Assembly (NCBI RefSeq): GCF_009914755.1
Contig: NC_060925.1
DNA from: the human T2T-CHM13v2.0 reference genome, Homo sapiens
Strand: one strand, 5' to 3'
Length of the DNA: 64,000 nucleotides
Shown here: positions 45,641 to 57,545 of the stretch, piece by piece
Position numbering within the stretch: the first letter of the stretch is position 1
How the letters are laid out: the number at the start of each line of letters is the position of its first letter
Notes under the pieces: generated by a model
Seen by the model: the letters and a program-made list of their open reading frames with translations, nothing else
Databases searched by the model: none
Told to the model about the DNA's origin: nothing
Program-made: the position numbers and the translations under genes

Positions 45641-45789
45641 TTTCATTGATCTAGGGTGTAGGTAATTGGCTTAGAGAAGATAAAACAACCTTTAAAATGG
45701 GCCCCTGGGGTTAGAGTTCCCTCCTAACCACAATGTGACATTGTGATACTGATGAGCTTTTTTTCTAAACACCATTTTTCTAAAAATGA

Positions 45790-46099
<310 letters not shown>

Positions 46100-49000
46100 A
46101 AGATATAAACATCTTATATTTGATTTAAACCATAACACCACAAAAGTGAAAAATAAAGCATAATGATAATAGCAATTATTTTTCTACAAAATCATAAATA
46201 TTCACTTATTAATTGCAAGCAGTCTGGGGAAATTAAGGAAGAAAAGGTCTTATTCCTATTTCACAGACTTAGAAATTGAAAGAGGTAGGTGAAGTGGCAC
46301 ACATAAATTTAAGGATGTAGCAGTAATGACAAGATCATCACCCAGTGTCCACTGTCTCTGTTTATTCACTAGATGATAAAATAAGAGCGCAGTATGTGGT
46401 TAGTGTGCTTTTAGTCTAAAGACATGTATTCGTTAAAGCTTGTTTAATACAAGGGCATTTGTCAGTTTATGCATTTTATTATCCAAAAAACCTGATAGAG
46501 TTTAACAGAAGTTGAGGAATTTTGCATAAAGATTACTTCTTGAATGTTATATTTTAATTCATTTTCACTTACAATATATTTAGACACAAGTATTTTTATG
46601 AGGAGTTAAAACCTGTTCTACCCATTGTATTTGTGGTAACTGTCTTCAATGTGATGACCTGCTTGGTCAGATATTGTCAATTTCTGTAACTCAGGACTTC
46701 GGCGCCATTTAGTATTCACCCAATTTATCATTTCACCTTTGAATTAAACACCTTTTAACCCATTATTTTGCCGCAATGATAAATCATTAACTTCAGGACA
46801 TACTTAATTTTTCCTTTTCATGCTCTAATTACATATTTGTAAGGTCACCACAAGTTGAATCATTTTTGAAATTTTTATTTTTAACAATTCTAAGGAATAT
46901 ACAATGTTTAAAATATTTTAGCAAATTTATTTGGAAAATAAATACAATATGGGCACAAGATGTCACTTCTAATTCTAAAGTATACTTAAATTATAAATCA
47001 AATTATAAAAAGTTTTTACTTTAACTGGATGAGCTTCATTTATTAATTATGTTTTCATATATTCATTAGCTATGTTATTATAATTGAAAAAAACATGAGA
47101 CTAGAATATGCCAATGATTTATTGAAATGCTATTAACCCTCTTTTATTAATTTCCCAAAGTTTTAAATCTATAAAATTCAGTTTTATCATAGGGATTTTT
47201 AGATCAAATAAAAAGGAAGAAACTTGATCCAAAATATGTAAACATAAACCTCCAGAGATCCTAATTAAAATCACAAAAATTACCTAAGACTTCCATTATT
47301 ATAACTCAAGCTCTCACCCACCTTTGTACCCTGTTCTGGCTTTGTTGACTTTTGATGTCATTGTGATGGTATGTAAACATTTATTTTATGTCTGTTCATA
47401 TTATATTTAATAAATACATTTTTACTAAATAAATAAATTTTATGTTTATGCAATAAGTAATTCTATCACAAAGTTCTTCTGCTGTCAGCAAAATTAAGGC
47501 AGAAATTTTACTTTCAATTCTATTTCTATGCCCTTCATTCTATAAATATTAACCAAAGTTGACAAAAGAGTTGTATGTAATGATAGTATTTTAACTAAGA
47601 TATTTATAATGTCAGATGTTGTTAGCTTTAAATGAAAGACTACCGGTGTGACCTCAATCTTTCATCAAGAAATATCCTAGAAGTCCCATGAATAAGGTGA
47701 TACATTTAATCATGTGACAACAGTGATTAACTATGGATTTTGCTGTGTCCAAATAAATTTCCTTTGCATACTTCCTTCATTTGTACTATTCATAAATACA
47801 TTTATTTCATACATATACATATGTCTGTTGCATCTCTCTCTCCATATATATGTATATATGTACACACACACACACATCCCTAATACATAGCCCTCTTATT
47901 ACTACAGCTATATCTATATCATCTTCCTTATATATCAACCCCATTCTCTCTCTATTATATATATATATAAAAAATGATGTATTTTTCTATTAATAAGGCA
48001 GATGAATGGATGTTATAAATGCTATTACTTGACTTTAACGTTAGTGTGCATAAACAGATTTTTGGCCTTCTAATTTGCATGAGTCTTATTCTTTCATTCA
48101 ATAACAATTGATTTATTACTTTCTTTCCCCTATTTACATGATATGAGAACTTACAGTGAGGACTCCATGTAATCACTCTGTTACATATTATATTAAAATC
48201 CTTTAGTGCATCTTTTAGCTAGCCAAAATGAAATTCAGTGTGAAGCAGTGCCTCAGGAAACAAAAGCAGTTGTGACAGCATTTCTAAGGAGAGCAACTGT
48301 ATGTATCACCAAACATAAAGGGAAAAAGAGGACTTGCGGATATTTAGTAATAACTGGATTTCAAATAGATATTATTTAATAAAATTAATTTATATTGTTA
48401 ATCGAGAAGTTATATTGTAAATTATAAAATGCCATTATTAATAACTATTATGTGCCAATTCCGCACAAGTGGACATAATTATTTGATATTTATAGTAAGA
48501 TCACCAAAAAATAATCAGTTTGCTTTATGATACTATACATCACTATCATTCTTAAATGAAAGATAATATAATTTCCATAGTAGAGACAGAATGTCTGATA
48601 AAGTAATATACACTTAATGCCGTAGCAACATTCCTTAAACTTTTAAACACTGTCATTCAAGTTTTATCTCTATTTGTCATCCAATATAGGTTTGGCAAAA
48701 TTAGAAATCTCTTATTAGGAAGTAAAGAGAAAGTTTGTCTTCATAAAGTGGCTGTGAACAAATTCAAACTAGAATTTGCATAAGCCAATTGCTTATACAA
48801 CTGCCTGTTTCTTCAAACAAGCTCACTAAAGAATGGTCACATTTATTAGAATTTCTGCTTATTTAGTATCCACCCACTTAATCTGGTATCCAGAAAGAAC
48901 TCAAAATCCAAAACAATGATGGCATCTGGCAATTTTACTATTGATGCACACATTTCACAGAAGATCAAAGTTGTATGATTTGACAGTCAGCAGTGTGGAT

Positions 49001-50130
49001 TTTAATACATTCAATATCCAAGATGGCAGCTTGCATGGGAGTCCCTTGCTACATACAAAGCTTCCAATACAGACACGTTAATCCAATTCAAACGTAATAC
49101 TGCCTACAAATGAATGCTACAGCAGCCATCTTAATTCTCTATATATTTAGAATGTTCCTCCAAAAAATGTGAAAGATTTTTCTTCTTTAATCAGGGCATT
49201 TTTCCCCCTCAATATGTAGCTCTGTCTTAAGCATAAAGACATTCAATCCACTGTTTTGGTTGAGATATCTGGAAAAATACTTGAAGTGTCAATTATAATA
49301 ATATTCTTTGATCAAGGTTTTCAAATCAGTTTTTAACACACAAAATAAGCTAATTTTTTTCTTTAACAGCTATGCATAGAAATATTTTATTAGTTTTTAA
49401 TCACAATATTTTTGATAAAAAGTTTCAAATAAATTAAAAAGTAATTTATTTGAATTAAATGTGTTTTATTTGAATCTAATTTTATATTTTTCTAATCTCA
49501 TATTTTTCATCTAATCTCATTTTTTATCTAATCTCATATTTTTAGATAAATGTTTTTATTTACATTTATATTCTATTCACATCAAGAAAATCATTATGTG
49601 GTTGGAATTTTCCTCTTCTACAGAATCTAATCCTTAGAACAATGTAAATATAATCAATAAAAATAAAACATCGTGAAGATTATTCAGTGAAGTTAGGCAA
49701 TATATGATCCATTGGTCATTATTTAGTCCTTCAGAATTCTTATGTTGCAAATAAAGTAAAACTTAGCCTTTTGATTTAACAATATTTTGAATAATCTTTC
49801 TGACCTAGGAAAAGATATAAAGCTGGCAGAAATAAGATACATTTAAAACAGGGTCCACTGATAAAACTGCTTTCCAAAGAAATGAAGGTACATGTGTTAA
49901 GAGGTTTAACACATTATTCCTATAGGTCAGTAGGACAGGAACATTAAAATTCACTTATAATTTAGAGGTTGTTAAATTAATTGGGAGGTTGTTACAAAAA
50001 AAAAAAAAAAAGAAAGGCTGAGAAAATTCCAGTGCTTTAGTTTCCTATGTAAGCAAAGTGAAGTGTGATGTAAACAGTAAAATACAACTTAAGCTTAGCC
50101 AACCAGAAACTGCCACCTAATATCTAATTA

Positions 50131-50140
50131 GGGACTTTCC
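50131..50140 (+). promoter_or_regulatory. Perfect NF-kB site inside the LTR
   Basis: GGGACTTTCC is the canonical Ig-kappa/HIV kB sequence; motif match only, function not shown. Confidence 0.4.
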
Positions 50141-50325
50141 ACCATATTATATCAAAATAAGGCAAATGGCTAGCTGCAGCAAATTGAGCAATTTCTTTAC
50201 TTTGCTTCTGGATTCAGCTGATAAAGCCCCCTACTCATGCTGCTAAAACGGAGCACTCTAAAACTCTTCCAATTCTGGGTGCTGCCCAATTCATAAGCCA
50301 TTCTTTGTTCAAATAAACACTGTCA

Positions 50326-50775
50326 TTTTTATGCCTTTGATATAATGGGCTTTAGGGACTTGGTGGGGAGAAGGGGGAAAGGGAGTGAGGGACAAAAGAT
50401 TGCACATTGGGTACCGTATACGCTGCTCGGGTAATGGGTGCACCAAAATCTCAGAAATCACCAACTCAAGAGCTTATCCATGTAACCAAACACCATCTGT
50501 TCCCCTAAAACGCTATTGAAATAAAACAGAATAAAATACAATTTAAAAAATAAAATAAATAAAAATATATAAAGATGAGAATATGAATAATTTCCCTGGC
50601 CAAGGATTAAAAAAAAAAAAAAAGTTGAGATCTGAATCTCCTTCTGGTCCCCTTATTTAATTTTCTCATTAACTCTTATAATTGTTAAGTTGATTGCTTT
50701 GTTCTTTTTAGGTACAGAGTCATTTCATCTGTGAATAAATGATTTTGATCAATGAAAGAGTTTAAAATAGTGAAA
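50326..50775 (+). mobile_element. L1PB2/3 3' end (about 50338-50572) with 3'-transduced sequence
   Basis: GATATAATGGGCTTTAGGGAC...CTGCTCGGGTAATGGGTGCACCAAAATCTCAGAAATCACC; unique tail; TSD AAA(C/A)ACTGTCA at 50315-50325 and 50776-50786. Confidence 0.8.
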
Positions 50776-51560
50776 AAAAACTGTCAAATTTAATTTGTCA
50801 AAAGTTTTTCTTTTAACAGCATTCACTAGACGCATATGTCCTATTAACTCATTCACTTCATCAAAATAAAAACACACAAAAATCAATAAAATATAGTATG
50901 AGGTGAAGTGTATAATTCACATCTGCTAACTTAGATTTCAGGAGGTGGCTCTGGAGCTAAAACTAGCTGCTGGCTCTTAGCTATACCTAGCACTTAACCT
51001 AGCCTGAGGGACAATTAGAAAAGATAGTCTTGAGGAAATCAGCTGAATTTAGGAGACTCTCTCTTATTTTTACCTGCAGGATTTTCTTGCTTTAATTGCT
51101 ACTGTCACCAGCCAACTGGTTGACTCCAATTAACCCTAGGGAAAATGTTACGAATTAACTATTTTGTCTTAGCTCTGCTACAGTCAGTCCTCTTCCCCTC
51201 TCTTTATACTTGGTTTCATTTGTAAAAAACATAAGCAAAGAGTGATTATCAATGTTTACAAGAGAAAATATCATTTCAAATTTAGCATGGGTTAAACTCA
51301 TGCTTCCAAGAGATAACTCGTTTAAAGACATGAAAGTAATTTCTAGGTCTAGCCTCTGTTTCTATTACTGTATTTCCATAGTGGTTGTCTAGAAACTACA
51401 TGGCACTGATTGATGCCAACTTAATGAGGTAATATAATTGCCAAAAACACTGAATATAACTATTGTTGGAAACATCAAATAACTTATTTGGAACAGACAT
51501 AAGATTATCAGAGACATAATTTGAAAAAGACAAAAGTTAAGTCTATATGGAATAGTCCCT

Positions 51561-52310
51561 GGGAAATGCAAATCAAAACCACAACGAAATACTGTCTCAC
51601 ACCAATCTGGATGGCTATTACTAAAAAGTGAAAAAACAACAGAGGCTGGTGAGGCTGTGGAGGAAAGGAAACACTAATATATTGTTGGTGAAAATGTAAA
51701 TTAGTTCAGCAACTGTGGAAAGCACTTTGGAAATTTCTCAAAAAACACAACTACATTCCACCCAGCAATCCTATTACCGAGTTTATATCTCAAAGAAAAT
51801 AAATTGTTGTACCAAAAATATGCATGAAGTTGTACGTTCATTGCAGCACTACTCATCATAGAAAAGACATGAAATCAACCTAGGTGCCCATCAATGGTGG
51901 ACTGCATAAAGAAAATAGGGTACATACACCCCCCATGGAATACTATGCAGCCATGAAAAGAACAAAATCATGTCCTTTGCAGCAACATGGATGCAGCTGG
52001 AGGCCATTGTCCTAAGCACATTAACACAGGAACAGAAAACCAAGTACTACATGTTCTCACTTACAAGTGGGAGCTAAATATTTGGCACTCATGGACATAA
52101 AGATGGCAACAATAGACACGGGGGTCTACTAGAGGTGGGAAGAAAGGAGGGGAGCAAGGTTTGAAAAACTAACTGTTGGGAACTATGCTTACTACCTGGC
52201 TGACAAGATCGCTCATATCCCAAACCTCAGCATCACACAATAAATCCTTATTACAAGTCTGCACATGTACCTCATGAGTCTAAAATAAAAGTTGAAATTG
52301 TTTATAAAAA
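51561..52310 (+). mobile_element. 5'-truncated L1PA15/16-like element
   Basis: Decayed ORF2 end; 3'UTR TTGAAAAACTAACTGTTGGGAACTATGC...CCAAACCTCAGCATCACACAATA...CTAAAATAAAAGTTGAAAT. Confidence 0.85.
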
Positions 52311-54269
52311 TGATATAAAATAGAACCACAACGAAATGCCACTACAAAAAAAAAAAAAAGAATATTGTTTGGTTAATCTCAGCAAAGAGGAATGTTCTAT
52401 ACAACATTTTTGAATCTTCTCCAGCACAGCTTTCATTCTAACTTGATGCAAACATTTCCAAAAGTTTAATCACAATTACAAATCTGGATTATGGCAATGT
52501 CTGAATACAAACATTGAACAAAATCTAACAAATGTTCTGTCATTTAAAGAACTCCAGACAAACAGAAGAGTAGGAAAGGCAGGGACCCAACATGAGCTAA
52601 ACACTTCATGTGTTCCAGGAACACAGCCAGGATCTTAGCACCAATCTAACGTCAGAAGGCAGACCACTCAAATCAAAAGGTTGAAGAAAGGAGGCTCTGA
52701 GAGGTCCTCCAACTGGGACAAAAACATACTGTAAACTTAGATTCACTTGATTCTTTCTGTTACTTGCTCTATGAGTTACCAAAGTCATTAACTTCTGGTG
52801 GATCTTGTCCTTACCTGTAAACTTAGACCATTGATTGCTAAATCCTCTTCAATGTCTAAAATACATTATTTTAAATATATGCAGTCAACTGTTACAGTGT
52901 TACAGTTTTTTTAGTAATTCAGAGAACCATCTCAGTCATTATTACTTTCAATTCTAAACTACTTCCCGTGTTATTTTTTGTTACCAAAATAGATATTAAA
53001 TAATTTTTAAACTATATTTTCTTTCTTTTCTTAAATTTAGGAAAATGAGCTGACTTATTTTCCCTTATTTCTTAAATACACATTATTTTTAAATGGTGTC
53101 AAGTGTAACATTGTTGACAAAAGACAAATCATTTGAAACCACTCAGGTTTTTAAACATGCAACTCCCAATAGTATTAATTGAAGTATAAGGACTCTAGCT
53201 GCTGAGATACTTGAAGAACTCCCTTTGGATTGCCTGTGAGTCTTTCAAAACAATTAAGTATTTGCTTCAGTTCTCTGTGGGCACAATCCTAAAGATGAAA
53301 GATGCAATTGTCTATTTACAGAGAGTACTTTTAAGAGAAGGCATTGCTTCCTGCTGCCACGTAGCAGGGCATATCAGCAGGAGTCCATTTGAAATGGCTG
53401 GTGGTTTTTCTCTCATCAAGTATTCCATATATCAGACAACATAGGACTGAAAAAGAAAAAGTATGGAAAAACTAGGCATGATTCTGAAAATTCTATTTTA
53501 TATTTCTTCAAAGATAAATCCTGGACTAAACCATAGCCTTTTAATGTTTCCGGTGTTCGTTGAATGTGATTGCTTTGTTATTGTTTGGTTAATCTCAGCA
53601 AACACTTCTAAATTCAAGAGAAATTTCTTCAATCCTGCTCTTTTTGTTCTGAGCTAAGACAGGCTGATAACAGTGGCTGGCACTAGTGAGTAAATTTTAT
53701 AACCAAAACTGACATCTCACTCAAGTACCCACAATTTAAAAGAGTAATGAATTGTCAGTTTTAACTGGAAAGGGGTTTTTATGTGATTTTAGAAGTCTTT
53801 TGAATATTTATTTTGTTCCACTTTACACGAATCTGTCTAAGATTTATCTTGTTACTTCCAAATGTAAGCCTCTCTTGGCCAGATTTGGAAAATAAATTAG
53901 AATTTACAAACATTGTGAAGACCGAATCAATACATTAATATTGAGGAGATGTTTGAAAGATTTATTAACCACAAAAGATAGCAAATATTACATCAGAAAT
54001 ATTAAACATGTGTAATCAAAGTCATCAATTGTAGTTATGCATAGACTCTATAAATAGTATAGAGATTTACTTAAATATGCTACAGATTCAATCCAGTCTA
54101 TCATACGATTATAGCTTACAGGAAGAAAAGCAAGAAATTAAAACTAAAATTGACAGATGGAGTAAGACAGTACATCTTTTTGTGTGTTTTATTCCCTTAT
54201 CACTGATTTTTAAAAGTAATGCCACATACTTGGACATTAAAAGTCAGCCAAGTAATATTCAGTGAAGGT

Positions 54270-54400
54270 TTTCATTCAGTCAATAAATATTTAACGAACA
54301 CCTATTAGAGGCCAGAACACATGCTAGATGTTGGCGATAAACTTTGAATAAGGCATCATCTAAACTGATAAGGGACTTAGAATCCAGTGTATAAACTTGC
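54270..54400 (-). mobile_element. L2 3' fragment
   Basis: TTCATTCAGTCAATAAATATTTAACGAACACCTA...GCCAGAACACATGCTAGATG. Confidence 0.6.
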
Positions 54401-54519
54401 GAGCAAGCAACTGTTGTAAAAATATGGACAATTAAAAACTGGAATACTTTGGGAAGGATCTTGGTACAAACTGGTTTCAAAAATTTGCAGGTAACGAAAT
54501 ACCTGGATACCTAATAAGT

Positions 54520-54705
54520 ACCAACAACCCTCAAAGACAGACGTGATTATTCTCATTTTACAGAGGAGCAAACTAACCCTGATTGATTATACAATTTGAT
54601 ATTGTTCACTAAAGGTAATAATGCTGATGCTGCTAGAGTGTAAATTTAAGTCCAGATAATTTGACTTGAAAATCCATTCTATTTTTGTTTTACAACTCTG
54701 CCTAC
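54520..54705 (-). mobile_element. MIR
   Basis: AACAACCCT...ATTATTCTCATTTTACAGAGGAGCAAACT. Confidence 0.6.
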
Positions 54706-54822
54706 CATTACTGTTAATTAATAAGTAAAATTCCATTCAAAGTTACATTTGTTTATCTGGCAAAATCTTAAGCTTTTAAAGTAGGTTGAGTGGCCATGTA
54801 TGAGACTCTTCTAGAGCCTTAG

Positions 54823-55128
54823 GTTTTTGTTTTTGTTTTTGTTTTTGAGACAGAGTCTCACTCTGTTGCCCAGGCTGGAGTGCAGCGGGACAATCTTGGC
54901 ACACTGCAGCCTCGGCTTCGCAGGCTCAGGTGGTTCTCCCACCTCAGCCTCCCAAGTAGCTTAGACTATGGGCACACACTACAAAGCCTGGCTAATTATC
55001 TTATTTTTTGTAGAGGGTAGGTTTCACCATGTTGCCCAGGCTGGTTTCAAACTCCTGAGCTCAAGTGATCCATCTACCGCAGCTTTTCAAAGTTCTAGGA
55101 TTACAGACATGAGCCACCACTCCCAGCC
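54823..55128 (-). mobile_element. AluJ with (TTTTTG)n tail
   Basis: CACTGCAGCCTC, CCTGAGCTCAAGTGATCC; TSD TAGAG(C/T)CTTAG at 54812-54822 and 55129-55139. Confidence 0.9.
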
Positions 55129-55444
55129 TAGAGTCTTAGATTTTAACCAGAATTTCCTGTAGTACTTTAAAAAAATAAAAGAGCTTGAGAACCACCCTAG
55201 TGAGAGAAATGTAATTCTATTTTTTATTGAAATCACTGTCTAGATACAAGTCTGTCAAGCATTATACAGAAGAAAATTAAGACAATATACTATTTATTAG
55301 TCAATGACATTTCTTCAGTATATTTGATTAAAGTGTATTTGAATGGTAATATTTTAATTGTATTGAGGCTTAATTAGGTTGGTATAAAAATAAAGCAATA
55401 TGTAAGAGTTTTATAATATGATTTTTATTAAAATATGATTAAGT

Positions 55445-55640
55445 GTAGTACTGTGGAAAGAGCTCTGGTCAGGAATGAGATGACATCCACTTAAAACCTG
55501 GCTCTATTATTACTATCTTTTTGATCTGCAGCAAGAAACTCAACTACTCTGCATTTTAATTTTATTTTCTCTAAAATAGGATTAATATACCTATTCTTCG
55601 GTCCTGAGGGAGTTGTAAATAATGCAGAACACATTTAACT
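55445..55640 (+). mobile_element. MIR
   Basis: GTGGAAAGAGCTCTGG...CCTGGCTCTATT...TTCTCTAAAATAGGATTAATATACCTA. Confidence 0.55.
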
Positions 55641-56171
55641 GTAGGTATGAATAATGGTAAGGCATGGATTCTAAGCCCCATGAGAACAGGAGCTGTTTTG
55701 AGAGCACCAATACCAGAAAGAATAGTGGCCAAGAAATACAAGATTGTTTTACTAAGGTTATGTGAGTAGTTAGCAGCAAAGCTGGAATTAGGATCTTTAG
55801 TCTCTGAAGTGTAGTTACTTTCCACTACACTAGTGTTTCCCAAAATAAACAGGTATATTGAGAAAGAAAGAAAGGGCTGTTGTGTCAAGAAAGTTTGATA
55901 GAAGATCGACTGAACAGTAAGAAATTTAAAGGGTAAGCTTTGTAATTAGTCTTTAACTTGAGCCTTGGTTTTGGTACTTTCTATTGGTATCATTATGCAT
56001 AATTTGCTAACCTACAAGAGTCTACCACCACACCCCATTTCCTCCTTCATAAAATACAGATGAGAATAATGTTTATAATTTGTTGCTTTTTGGGTTGACT
56101 AATATATTAATGGGTATCAAGAATGTACCCTGGTGTCTGGCAGGTAGTAATGACTACAACAGCCATAGCAT

Positions 56172-56678
56172 ATATATTATATGTCTGTGGCTGTTGTAAC
56201 AAATTATCAGATACTTTGTGACCTAAAACAACAAAAAATGCATTATCTTGCAATTATGTATGTTAAAAGTCCAATAGTAGTCCTACAGGGCGAAGACCAA
56301 GGTGTGGGCAGGGCTGCTTTCTTTTGTGGGGACTGTAGGAGAGAATGCACTTTCTTGTCTTTTCCAGCTTTTAAAGACTGCCCACCTTCCTCCTAGTCTC
56401 TTCCTCCATCTTCAAAGTTTTCAATAGGGAGTAAGTCCTTCCCACATCTCATAACTCTGATCTGTTTTTCTATATTTTTCTTCTACTTATAATAACCCTC
56501 GTTATTACACTGGGCATAACTAGTTAATAAAGGATCATGTCTCTATTTTAAATTCAACTGATGAGAAACTTTCATTTCATCCGTAACCTTAAATCCCTTC
56601 ACCACAAAAGGTAGCATATTCACAGGTTATAGGAATTAGGACATGACATCTTTGAAGACCATTATTCTGTCTACTACA
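56172..56678 (-). mobile_element. MLT1D-like MaLR LTR
   Basis: GGCTGTTGTAACAAATTATCA...CAAGGTGTGGGCAGGGCTGC...TTTTCCAGCTTTTAAAGACTGCCC...CATTATTCTGTCTACTACA. Confidence 0.82.
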
Positions 56679-57236
56679 GCTACTCTGATAAACGTCATTC
56701 TTACAGGATCCTGTCTGCATTTATGATTTGTATGTCTTAAAGGGGAGTATAGTATTCAGAGTTTCAAAACTTAATTTGAGTCCCTTTTATTGCAGATCAT
56801 TTTTTGGAACTTTTACTCCAAAGAATACATTTGAAGCAATATAAGAATAATGTAGTCTACCATATTGTCTCAAATATATTTGTTAATAAATGGACTGTGA
56901 GAAAGGATGAATGGATAGATGGATAGATGTATGTACATGTGTGTGTATATATATATAGTACATGTATATATGTATTTATGTATATATGCATATAAATTTC
57001 CTATTTGAACATTTTCATGCATTTTGTAATAATTTCAACTTAACTTTGCAAAATAATTTTATCTTTTATCTGACATTTTTAGCACTAATTTTAAATTGTT
57101 GGACATGTGTGATTCAGTGCAATTCTCGGAAGAAAATTCTTATCTGTTTGAGTAGGTTCAAAGGTCCACAATATATCCTAAATTCATGTTATTTCTAGCC
57201 TCATATATTTATTAAAATATGGAAGCAATCATTTTT

Positions 57237-57545
<309 letters not shown>

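Larger units (their letters stand above)
49970..50818 (+). mobile_element. ERV1 MER4-group solo LTR (MER93/MER57-like), split by an L1PB insertion
   Basis: TGTTAAATTAATTGGGAGG start; TTCCTATGTAAGCAAA; GGGACTTTCC; CAAATAAACACTGTCA joins AATTTAATTTGTCAAAAGTTTTTCTTTTAACA end (TG...CA termini). Confidence 0.7.

Noticed and set aside
52805-52830. Minus-strand TTTACAG|GTAAGG recursive-splice-like motif
   Set aside because: No pyrimidine tract, and it derives from the MIR CTGTAAA core.
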